A stretch of DNA of 63,956 nucleotides, filler included, from Intoshia linei (taxonomy: Eukaryota; Animalia; Orthonectida), in NCBI GenBank assembly GCA_001642005.1. It is 6 parts of 6 records of this genome, joined end to end, with 100 filler letters (N's around TTAATTAATTAA, not from the genome) between each part and the next. Parts side by side here need not be neighbours in the genome. Positions count along the whole stretch, not along the records: positions 51,185 to 58,599 come from LWCA01001557.1; positions 58,700 to 62,511 come from LWCA01002173.1; positions 62,612 to 63,956 come from LWCA01002659.1; 3 more parts are not named here. One strand, 5' to 3'. The stretch's first letter is position 1. Every line of letters begins with the position of its first letter. Position numbers and translations under genes: made by a program. The notes under the pieces are model-generated. The model ran no database searches. It was not told where the DNA came from and saw only the letters and a program-made list of their open reading frames with translations. Below are positions 53,183 through 63,956 of this stretch, piece after piece.

Positions 53183-55723
53183 ATGAACGGATATATACCA
53201 GAACCTGAAAATAATGAATTACCCATGAATGATTTAGGAAAATATATAAATGCTATCGAAATTTCTGATGACATTGATGAAGAAACAGCGAAAGAAATAA
53301 AGCCGTCATGTTCGATAGACCCAACTGGTGTGTCGAAACAAACAGTGGTTAAAAATAGAAATTATTATCAAAATGTAATAAAATTGGTTAACGCAGTTTT
53401 AAAAACTGAAATTGAAACAGAAAAAATTGAGAGTATACCAATTGTTGAAATATTGGACCCACCAAAAGACATTATGAATCCCAAAAAATTTGAATGTATT
53501 AATCTCTTAAAATTTAGGGAATTAAAAAAAGAGTTTAAATTACATTTCACTATTCCTAGCTGTTTTGATGACCCCAGCGGTAGGAAATCGAGACCAATAT
53601 ATGTGAATTGCATAAAGTCCCAACGGATTAATCTCGATGGTTTCAAGAATATACATCCTATCGATGCATTTTCTACTGGTTTTAAAAATACAAATTCATA
53701 CTTAAAGGATCGTACGTATGATAAGCATGTTCCACAACATGTGTTAAAGGCAATAGAAAAGCTTTCCGAATCATGTTACAAATCTATCGATGATTTTTTT
53801 GATCATGCTACAAAGGATATATTGTTTAAAGTAGAACCTCGTTATTTCAACGATGTTGCCAATAAAATTTTTTCAATAGAGGAATTTAGAGGTATTATCT
53901 TGTCAAATGCAAAAAAAATGGTAAGCTTGATTCACAAAAAGGGCTGCATTGAAAAGTACAGTTTTTTATCTGCTAAATTGTTTAAATATGTGTATATAAA
54001 TTCATCAAATAATCAATATTTATCTCTCATCTTAAAGAAAATTATCAAAACTATACATGAAACTGTTAAATATGCAACGGGTGACAAATCAGAATTAAAT
54101 CTAGATTGTGATGAAGTAGAATGGAATTTAGATTTAGGGCTCGATGAGTGTCAATTTCATCGTCGTTTTATCGGCAATATTGTTTTTTCATCATTTCTCA
54201 TTAAACATGATATTATTCATATCATGCATGTAAAGACTATTTTGGATTTATTTATAAATGTAAAAGATGTAATGGAAAAACACTTAGAATATTTGGTTCT
54301 AATGATAACCATTTCTGGTAAGAAAATTGCAGGCTTGCAAAATTATTACAATGAAAAATGTACAGATCCTTTATATCTTGACGATTATATAGTTAAAATT
54401 GATGCTTTGAGTAAAGAGATTGAATTGTCACCTAAAGTTTCTAGTTTAATATCAGACCTCATATCTTTAAAGAATAGAAATTGGGAGCCAAAAATTAATT
54501 CAGAAGTGAATCAAGATTTTTCTAGTCATAAGAAAAAAATGTTCATGGAGGATAGGAAATCTAATTCAGAATTTAGAGGGAATAGACATTGTTTTAACAA
54601 TCACAATAAAATAATTAAAAAGGCTCTAGAAAAAAGTTTAAACCCATTTGCTATGAATAGGGATAAAAATTCCTCTAGCTTTGAAAGAAGTAAAAAACCT
54701 ATTAAAATTAAAAATAAATCAGGTAAATTAACAATCGGTGAGTATTGTTTGGATATTCAGGATTATGTATCAAATAATATTGAATTCACATCCATTATGA
54801 ATATATGTAAAGGTATCCCACCTGCCTATCTAAAGGAAATTTTCGAAACTATCATTACGAAATATCTAGAAGATTCAAAAGTAACTCCAGTCAAAATGGT
54901 AACAGAACTCTTTATCCAATTAAAACCAAGTTTAAATTTTAAATCCAGTGATATAATGTCATGTCTTCAGATAATTTTCAAGGAAATACATGACACTATT
55001 AGTGATTGTCCTAATATTGTCAAACATTTAGCCTATATTATCAATTTTGCCGAGAAGGTTTTAACTAATAATCAAATTAACAAATTATTTAAATGTGTCG
55101 AGGAAGATTTTAGACGTGAATTTTTCCTTCAAATGATTAAATACTTGAAAGAAGATTTGGTAAAAATTATGTACACTATTTTTAATTTTGAACTTAGGAA
55201 CTTTATATTACTTTAAAAAAGGTGATATGTTCTGCAATTCGTATTTTGACACTTAAAAAGTTTATTGACTTGTTAGTTGATAATTCACTTTTCGAAGTTA
55301 TTCTATTTTCCATAATTTGGAATTTATGCGAGCTATCCAAAAATATAACCACTCAATTAATTGATGTAATTTTAGTTATAAGTTATAATTTATATGCTTG
55401 ATAATGATAATTTGTTTTTATTTTATTTGTTTAGCATGTTAAAAATAACTCTTTTGAAAGATATAGCGGGTTAATTGGAAATAGACGTAATTTTTTTTAC
55501 TATTTAATATATTTAAAAATTAGTTCACTCAAAATTACCTGCATATACAACTACAAATGTTAAAAAAATTTTATCTGTAGATTCAAAATTGCTGTATGCA
55601 TTGGTACGAATTATTAGTGGTTATAAAAATTTGGATCAAATTTTATCCGAAAATTTACGACTTGTGTTGGATCCTAAATCTATGAAAGAGCTCAAAATTC
55701 CTGCATCGCGACATAAGAAATAA
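53183..55723 (+). CDS. Divergent eIF4G-like protein (MIF4G + MA3-like domains)
   Basis: MIF4G features: DILFKVEPRYFNDV, RRFIGNIVFSSFL, LEYLVLMITISGKKI, LSPKVSSLISDLISLKNRNW. MA3-like region follows (DTISDCPNIVKHLA). Three further small exons end at TAA 55721-55723. Confidence 0.75.
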
Positions 55724-55887
55724 ATAAATAAGTGTTCAAAGTCATTGTGTGTATTTATGTTAATAAACCAATTTTCATTACATGTTTTTCAGAGTTGACA
55801 GATGTTGGGAATTTATCCCTAAGCCTCAACGACCGCTACATTTATTTCTAAAAATCCCAAACTTAATAAAATTTAATACAATATCAT

Positions 55888-56770
55888 ACTTACCTAAAAT
55901 TAAATATCTGTATGTTACCGTATATTTTAAAAATTAACAGTCGTAGAATTTCACAAATCCTAATTTCTAATACAGCTGTTCAGGGGTAATGTTTATATCC
56001 AAGTTTCATTTTCTTAAATTCAGTCCTTCAGGGTCAAAAACTCATTTTCCCCTTTAAAAATAAAATCAACCCCAAAATTTAAAAAATAAATAATTTCTGA
56101 GATGCTTTTTAAAAATCATTGCCACTATCGTAAATATCAGCCTCAGAAACGCACAAGTTTATGGCCAAAACCGCAAATTACTCTTATATTTAACAAATAA
56201 AAATGTCCTAAGAATTTATAAAACATTAATACTAGGAATATTTTTAAAATCATAAGTATCATCATAAATCACAACCTCAAAAAGTGTATTTTCACGATCA
56301 AAACCCGATATTACCTTTTTTTAAAAAATCAAAATACAAATTCAAAATGTAGTCCCAGAATTTTAAAAATTTTACAGTTGATACAGTCATCTCTAGTTAA
56401 CACACAGAAAAATTTTTAATCCCACAAAGTGACGCCTTCATGATCAAAAAAGTACTTTGGTATTCATTTTTTTTATTTGGTAACTTATTAAAACAAATAA
56501 TTTGAAATAATTAATTGTCCTAGAATTTAAATAAATGATTCTTCTTATACAGCTCATTCAATTTGATATAAATACTGAATTTTAACCCCAGAAATCAACG
56601 CATTCTGGGTTAAAAATAATTCTTAATATCAACCAATATTTTTCAAATATTTCGATTAAAATAAAAATTGAAAATGTAAATTGATCCTACAATATCAAAA
56701 AAATGTGCATTTAACGTCTACACATTTTCAATACAGAAATACTTGTTCAAATCTTATTAATTGATTTCTT
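55888..56770 (+). mobile_element. Longer variant of the family A repeat
   Basis: Begins TACTTACCTAAAATTAAATATCTG. Related to ~14082-14480 and, inverted, ~33740-34485. Confidence 0.55.
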
Positions 56771-57831
56771 CCGTTTTTTTTTCAATTTTTCATTTTTTTT
56801 ATTTTCCGGGGGTCTGTAGCTGATTAGGTTCGGCTTCGATGTTAAACATACGTTTTTTTAGCCCAAAAATCAAATTTTTACAAAAATTCTTAAAATTAAA
56901 AATAAACTGTCAACACACAGATTAGCAAAATTTTTAATTTTTGTTTGTTCTAATCAAACTGGATTATCTAGTAACAGGATTGTAATTTAAAATGTAAAGT
57001 TCACATTGATGCATCATCAGTGGTGATTCACCACAGATATAGTGATTAACAGTGTTAAATTAAGCAGATTAAAATTTAATTTAAAACAACATTGGAAACT
57101 ACAATTAATTATCCTAAAATTAAATTGACAAAAACACAAAATTTAAAAATAAATTAAATATGAACATAATGAATTGATAATAAATAATTTCAATTAAAAT
57201 TGCAATAAATTCATCTGAGAAAACTCTACTTGACGGGAATAATTGAATAAAACAAATATTCCATCTTATCGAAATTATACTACACTATACTTAAATCTTT
57301 AAAAAAACTAAATGCACGTTTAATCTACTGGGATAAAAATTCAATTTTTAACATAACAAATTATTGCCATTATTTGACATCAACTTTATTGTGTAATATA
57401 TTATCGTCAATTGCATTACATTTTTATTTGTACCAATTTATATCAAAATTTAAATATCAAAATTGAAACAAGTTTTAACAAATTTTAACAAGATTACGAG
57501 CTGACAGGTTTCTTGATTAACTAATACACAAATGTAAATATTAAATTGGACAATTGCAACTTGCAACGCACTAACGATAATCTATAGCGCTTATTGTTAT
57601 CATTATTTTATACTGGAAATCTCTCCCATAGTTTTGAGAACTTGGTTACATTATAAACATTGGAAACTCAACATTTTTCATTTTAAATTTATATTAAGTG
57701 TTGTATTTTTTTTATATTTATATCTTAAAACTGTACAGTTTTATTAGCAAAAAATTTATTTTATTATTTAATTTATAGGTAAGCGTTTAAATTTGATGAA
57801 AATCTCAATTATTTCTATATCTATTTTTTAG

Positions 57832-58599
57832 ACATATCAACTTATCCCCAGATGGCTCAGATGCCGAATTCATCGTAAGAAATAGTATTTACTGTAATAA
57901 CTTGTTTTTAGTTACACTGGTGTGAATCAGAGCAATAATGGCAATGTAATTAGTTATCAGTGTATGTCTATAAAATAAAATTTAGATTAATGCTAATTAT
58001 GTAATGAACGGCTTTCCACATCAGTCTACAATTGCACAATTACCAATGCGTGACCCTAATGAACCGATAAAAAAACTCAGGTTCTTTAATGAACAAGGTG
58101 TAGATGTAATGGAAGAAGTCAGAAAAAATAATGATGTTAAGAAAGATATTAAGAAGGTAGAAAAAAAAGAAATCCAATTTAACATAACTCCAACTACTGT
58201 ATCTGATGAAACACTTAAATCTCGAAATAATTTTAAAAATTTAATTAAGAAACTTGCACTGTCTGTGAGCACAAATATAAATGTAGAAAATGAAGCTGTA
58301 AAGGAACCAATTAAAGATGTTGAACACGTTGAAAAAATTCAAGTGGTTAAAGAACCAGAAAAAGTTTTGGAGCTAATAAAAATTGAATTTATTGACTGGT
58401 CAAAATTTATAGAATTGAAAAATACGTTTAAACAACATTTTATTTTGCCTGCCTTTTTTGATCGGTACCTTTACATGAAAGCGGGAGAAATGTTAGAAAA
58501 ATACAAAAGTTCCCATTCCATTCGTCATAGAGAGGGCGTCAGAAATATATACCGCACTGATTCATTGACCACAGACTATAAAAATTCATTTGCATATCC
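57832..58599 (+). CDS. Second eIF4G-like paralog, N-terminal part, truncated by gap
   Basis: Colinear with the N-terminus of ORF 53183: MNG..PMxD; IxPTxVSxxTxxxRN; KFxELKxxFKxHFxxPxxFD; GxxNIxxxDxxxTxxKN. Small upstream exons lie near 57832-57874 and 57912-57945. Confidence 0.6.
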
Positions 58600-58699
58600 N
58601 NNNNNNNNNNNNNNNNNNNNNNNNNNNNNNNNNNNNNNNNNNNTTAATTAATTAANNNNNNNNNNNNNNNNNNNNNNNNNNNNNNNNNNNNNNNNNNNN

Positions 58700-59829
58700 A
58701 TATGAAAATGTAAATTCGAATACAAATTGTAATAAGAAAATTGGGTCAAAATTATAAAAAAACGTGTTAAATTCATATTTCACCACTTTAATTTAGGAAT
58801 TAAGACACAAAAAAATACCACGTTAATTAAATTTCACAAAAAATTTTTGACAATTTTTTACAAATGTTGTTTTTTTACTTTTTTTTAAGAGAAATCAGAT
58901 ATATTATTAAAATTGATATCATTCTCAATTGACATTAAGCAAAGCACATTCAAACGAGGTTGAGCTAAGCAATTTCAAAGTTCATATTTAATTATTTTTA
59001 GTTTAGAAAATCTTCAAACTTCAATAAACTTCAAAACTTATCAACTGATTCTTAAAATATAAATTTGAAAAATTTGTTAGTAAAATAGGGTCTCTTTTTA
59101 CAATAAATGTGAAATACTTTTATTTATTTAGATATTTTTTTTTAAGATATAAATGTAAAAAATTTTTTATTAATTTAANATTTTTAGTTACATAATTTTT
59201 TTCATCAGTTACAATTTTTTTATTATATAGGATAAACCACTTTACTAATAACGTTTTATTTTATTTTTTTACTTATTTGTATATTTATTTAAAAAATTAG
59301 ATATGATTTTAAAGTTATTTGTATAGTAAATACATTTTGTATTAAATCTGATATGAAAATGTAAATTTGAATACAAATTGTAATAAGAAAATTGAGTCAA
59401 AATTATAAAAAAACGTGTTAAATTCATATTTCACCACTTCAATTCAGGAATTAAGACACAAAAAAATACCACGTTAATTGAATTTCACAAAAAATTTTTG
59501 ACAATTTTTTACAATTGTTGTTTTTTTACTTATTTTTAAGAGAAATCAGATATATTATTAAAATTGATATCATTCTCAATTGACATTAAGCAAAGCACAT
59601 TCAAACGAGGTTGAGCTAAGCAATTTCAAAGTTCATTTTTAATTATTTTTAGTTTAGAAAATCTTCAAACTTCAATAAACTTCAAAACTTATCAACTGAT
59701 TCTTAAAATATAAATTTGAAAAATTTGTTAGTAAAATAGGGTCTCTTTTTACAATAAATGTGAAATACTTTTATTTATTTAGATATTTTTTTTTAAGATA
59801 TAAATGTAAAAAATTTTTTATTAATTTAA
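58700..59829. repeat. ~480-bp near-identical direct duplication (58700-59178 / 59351-59829)
   Basis: Copies differ by only a few substitutions. Adjacent to a gap and a single N at 59179. Confidence 0.85.
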
Positions 59830-61269
59830 GGTTGTTTTTAATGAGGGCCCTGGGCTTCAGCCCATATTGCCTATACTTTAAAACGGCTCTGACTAGATTG
59901 TTTCAAAAAATAGAAATTATGCGAGTTTTTATTAGCTTTAGTAAAAATTAAGTTAGTATTTATATTTAGAGTACTATGTGACTTTTATTTTTTCAAAAAA
60001 TTGGTTGTCGAGTTGCGCACTGCAAATAAATATTTTTTTAAAAAATATTGAAAAATAGTTTATTATCTGAATTTTTATTGGTTGATATATCAAAATTATT
60101 AACAAATATGAATTTTACACGCAAATTTATTTTTTTTATGACTTATTTTTGAGTGAAACAGAAAAAGATGTATAACTGAAATATATATACTTATTATTAT
60201 TATTAAAAATAATTAAACTAATTATAAATTAAAGCAGTAACATGCAAAAATAAACTTTTGTGTATATTTAATGTATATATAACTTTATTATTGCATTTAT
60301 TTATAAAGATTGATTAATAAGTCGCTAATTACTAAAGTTTGTATTCATAGGGGTGCACTGTATTATCTTTTTAAAACTTAATTTTATATTAGTTACTATT
60401 TACTTATTTTCTTATAAATTGTTTAAAAAATACGCAATCAAACACTCTACCGACGCATAAATGCTGATTTAATAATAATTTTGATTTATATGAAAAACTT
60501 TAATATAACTAATTTCTTAAAAATTAATAATTAATTGTTATAAGGTTTATTCATAACTGAAATTTATTATATAAAATAATATTATATTGTTTGATTATTT
60601 TAATTTTGAAGTGCTTTGCCCGAGATTTTTTTAAATTTTTTTTGCATTATTGATTTAGATATTATAGAATTTAACCCTTTTTTTATTGTACGTATGTGTA
60701 ATTTTGTATTTTCTTTAAAAGGTGTAAAATTGTTCTATAATTTTTGGTCAAATATTCTGTTATTTATAATGTGAATAAAATTCATTACCTACAAATACGG
60801 TTAATAGTACATTTATTAAAACAGGTTTATTATAATATGCAATTATGTACAGATAAAAATATAAAAAATATTAATTTAAAAAATGGTTGAGTTTAGCCAA
60901 TGCTCTAAGTGTTTTGCTTTTCAATACTTTTGACATATTTGATTGTGGCAGAATCTTGATAATTTGTGTTTCTCACGTGCCTTTGAAATTATTTATTATA
61001 AAAATTATTAAAAATATATTAAATAAATATCTTGATTTCATAATTATAATCATCTGAATATAATCTATTTTTTATTAATTGATTTGTCAATTCAACACTT
61101 TTTTTAAATTCTAGGGCTGTTTTTATTTTAAAACAAATGGTAATGTTGGTTGTGATTGTGAAAATTATCTTTTTTGATGTTTCTATTTATCATAATGTTA
61201 ATTATCATTTTTGTAAAATTACGTGCAAATTATATTAAATTTTAGTTTAATCATGCGAAAGTTAATTTA

Positions 61270-62511
61270 AAAAAAATAAATTTTACGCAATGGATAAACC
61301 ATACAAAAAAAATATTTTATTTCTAATTTTTATAATCGAATAATTGCAAAATAATGAAGACGAAAATCTTATTTATTATAGGCTAAAATTGACAAAATAG
61401 TTTTTTTGATATGTATTAATTCATTATTAACAAAATTTAAGATTCTATATATAAAATGTTTTGATAGCCCAAAAAGTTACATTTATTATATAAATTATGT
61501 AAGTTAATTACACTATATTTTTTATTTTAGTTGAAAATTGTATACAATATAAAAAAAACAGTAAACTTGTATGTCTTATATGTAAATTAGGATATTTAAA
61601 GAATTCTTCAGGCTATAAATGTGAAGGTAAAAATTAATATATTTTAACTATATAACAAATGGTAAAAAAGCATATAGATTATTTAGATAACATAATACTT
61701 TTGAATATCTTAAAATTTTAATTTAATTTAATAAATATTATATATAAATATCATCTCTCTTCATTATAACAATTTTTTTAATAACTTAACGACTGATTAT
61801 AGTAACATTTAGCTATTATGATTACTTTTCAAAAAATATGATATGTAGACTAGACATGACTAATTCTATAATAAGTTAACTATAAATGCCTGTATGTTGG
61901 AACAATGAGAAAATAAATATGAAATAGTGTAGTCATTTCAAAATTTGTCAAAACTTTAAAAGACATACGCTAATTTAGAAGCTTTATTTTATACATATAA
62001 TACATAGTTATAACATATTTGTCGCAATAAATTTGCCATTTAAATATAGTATTTTTTGAGGCATCTCATAGTTCTGTTATTATTTTTATTATTTTTTGTG
62101 CATAAATTAGCNAAAAAAATAAATTTTACGCAATGGATAAACCATACAAAAAAAATATTTTATTTCTAATTTTTATAATCGAATAATTGCAAAATAATGA
62201 AGACGAAAATCTTATTTATTATAGGCTAAAATTGACAAAATAGTTTTTTTGATATGTATTAATTCATTATTAACAAAATTTAAGATTCTATATAAAAAAT
62301 GTTTTGATAGCCCAAAAAGTTACATTTATTATATAATTTATGTAAGTTAATTACACTATATTTTTTATTTTAGTTGAAAATTGTATATTATATCGAAGAA
62401 ACAGTAAACTTGTATGTCTTATATGTAACTTAGGATATTTAATGAATTCTTCAGGTGATAAATGTGAAGGTAAAAATTAATATATTTTAACTATATAACA
62501 AATGGTAAAAA
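61270..62511. repeat. ~400-bp direct duplication carrying the Cys-rich exon (61270-61668 / 62113-62511)
   Basis: Direct alignment by eye, with an offset of 843 bp. Confidence 0.9.
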
Positions 62512-63956
62512 NNNNNNNNNNNNNNNNNNNNNNNNNNNNNNNNNNNNNNNNNNNNTTAATTAATTAANNNNNNNNNNNNNNNNNNNNNNNNNNNNNNNNN
62601 NNNNNNNNNNNTGCAAGTATTAGAACGTTTTAAAACATTTTTACTATAAGGAAAAATAAAGTATAGATTTTTCACATCATTTAAAATTACTTTATTATCA
62701 TCATAGTTTAAATTTTCACAAGTTGAAATACGAGAAGAACAAATATTATTATATTTATATTTAACTAGCTTGGCAGTTTTGTATTACGTACAAACAGCAC
62801 CTAGCTCTTTCAAAAACACTCTTTTATTATAATAAAAAAATTTGTAGTTTAGATATAGATTTTGATAGTAATTAAACTTTTTGATAGCCCAGACGATTGC
62901 AAAAAATTCTGAATTTACGGTGCTGTATCGTATATGTGTTGTATTAAAAGTTTTACTTAAGTATGTTATGACGTGGTTGCCTTTCCGTAAGGTTGCTCTC
63001 ATACCTTGATGTGACGCATCGGTCTATCATCGCACTATATTAAGCTTAAAGTTCAATTCGAGAAATCTACGCATTCTCGATGAAAAATAAGTTTTAATAT
63101 ATTATCAACTAATATTTTTCAAATATATATATAAATTGAAAGTGTAAATATTATCCTACAATTTTAAAAAAAATGTGCAGTAAACGTTTACAAATTTCCA
63201 GTAAAGTAATATAAGTAAAAATTTATGTAATTTCTTTTTTCGCAATTTTTAAATTGTAAATTTTTATTTCAAAATATTTAAATTTGTCAATAAACGTTAT
63301 TTATTCGTTTAGAATGTCCACGCGAAGATTCTACAACATATTGCGACGGAACATCTGATTTAATAGGTAAAAAATTATAAATTTTTGATTACAGCATAAC
63401 CACCTGGGATGTTTTAACAACGTTACGAGATAAAATATTAAATTTATGAAATGCGTTATTTTTTTTAACTTACTTGTAAACTACTAAAAAAATGATAAAA
63501 ACATAATATAAAATATATAAAAATTCACAAAATATGTCGTATTTATTTAATTAACAGCCATAATTTGCTTAAATATCAAATTCCAATAATTTAACCGGTT
63601 TTAACTTTTTTTTTTGCACTGCAAACGATATTAGCTTAAAATTTACTGCATTTCAAAAAAGCCAATGAGTTAATATAATAGTTTTAAATCATATTTATGA
63701 TTCGTTATAATAATTTATAGTTGATAAAATTTTTTATTCAGATTCCACCGGAGTTATAACTGACTGTGCTATTTGTAACAGTGATAATGGTTTAAAGGGT
63801 CTTGTTTCTAAATTTGGTTATAATATATCGAAGCTAGTAAAGTATGTAAAGCTTATTAGCTTTTGTATAATGTCATGTAAAAAAACAATCAAAATATTTA
63901 AAGCAGAGGTGCAAAATTTGCAGTTGTACGGCAGAATGCGACGTGAGGGCGTTTAT
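61531..63956 (+). CDS. Cysteine-rich CxxC (furin-like/VSP-like) repeat protein, partial; exons 61531-61626, 62374-62469, 63313-63366, 63742-~63836, ~63908-end
   Basis: AG..GT-bounded exons (the first three phase 1-1) read ENCIQYKKNSKLVCLICKLGYLKNSSGYKCE, ENCILYRRNSKLVCLICNLGYLMNSSGDKCE, CPREDSTTYCDGTSDLI, STGVITDCAICNSDNG, CKICSCTAECDVRAF. The NC...CxxCxxGY...C spacing is typical of furin-like cysteine-rich repeats. Confidence 0.6.
62784..63030 (-). mobile_element. Ty3/Gypsy RNase H fragment
   Basis: DASHQGMRATLR...VITYLSKTF...RYSTVNSEFFAIVWAIKKFNYY is the Gypsy RNase H motif. Confidence 0.75.

Noticed and set aside
58700-59829. 480-bp direct repeat as a functional tandem array
   Set aside because: Flanked by a gap and a lone N, non-coding, with differences evenly scattered. 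Likely an unmerged contig overlap or haplotype.

Overview
AT-rich eukaryotic (animal) genomic scaffold. Genes are strongly diverged and have both very short (~35-45 bp) GT-AG introns and kb-sized introns filled with transposons. This architecture resembles a compact parasitic invertebrate such as the orthonectid Intoshia, but that is inference only. Five 100-bp placeholder gaps (N...TTAATTAATTAA...N) interrupt the window. Spliced genes reconstructed by eye, in order: forkhead TF (FoxM/N-like, -), RPA43/POLR1F-like (+), DEF8 (-), APC10 (+), Na+/H+ exchanger (+), an orphan EEA1/Rabenosyn-type C2H2 exon (-), eIF2B-gamma (+), LEO1 (-), VPS28 (+), SF3B2 (-), the 5' part of SMC4 (+), two tandem divergent eIF4G-like genes (+), and a Cys-rich CxxC-repeat gene running off the right end (+). 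Many genes sit as tight head-to-head or tail-to-tail pairs. Repeats include a decayed Ty3/Gypsy element, hAT, piggyBac and pogo relics and MITEs, and a multi-copy Helitron-like family. The most striking signal is in the Cys-rich gene: two copies of a 96-bp symmetric exon differ at 9 nt, changing 6 amino acids, while ~300 bp of flanking intron differs at only 2 nt. This suggests a diversifying, modular, variant-surface-protein-like exon cassette.
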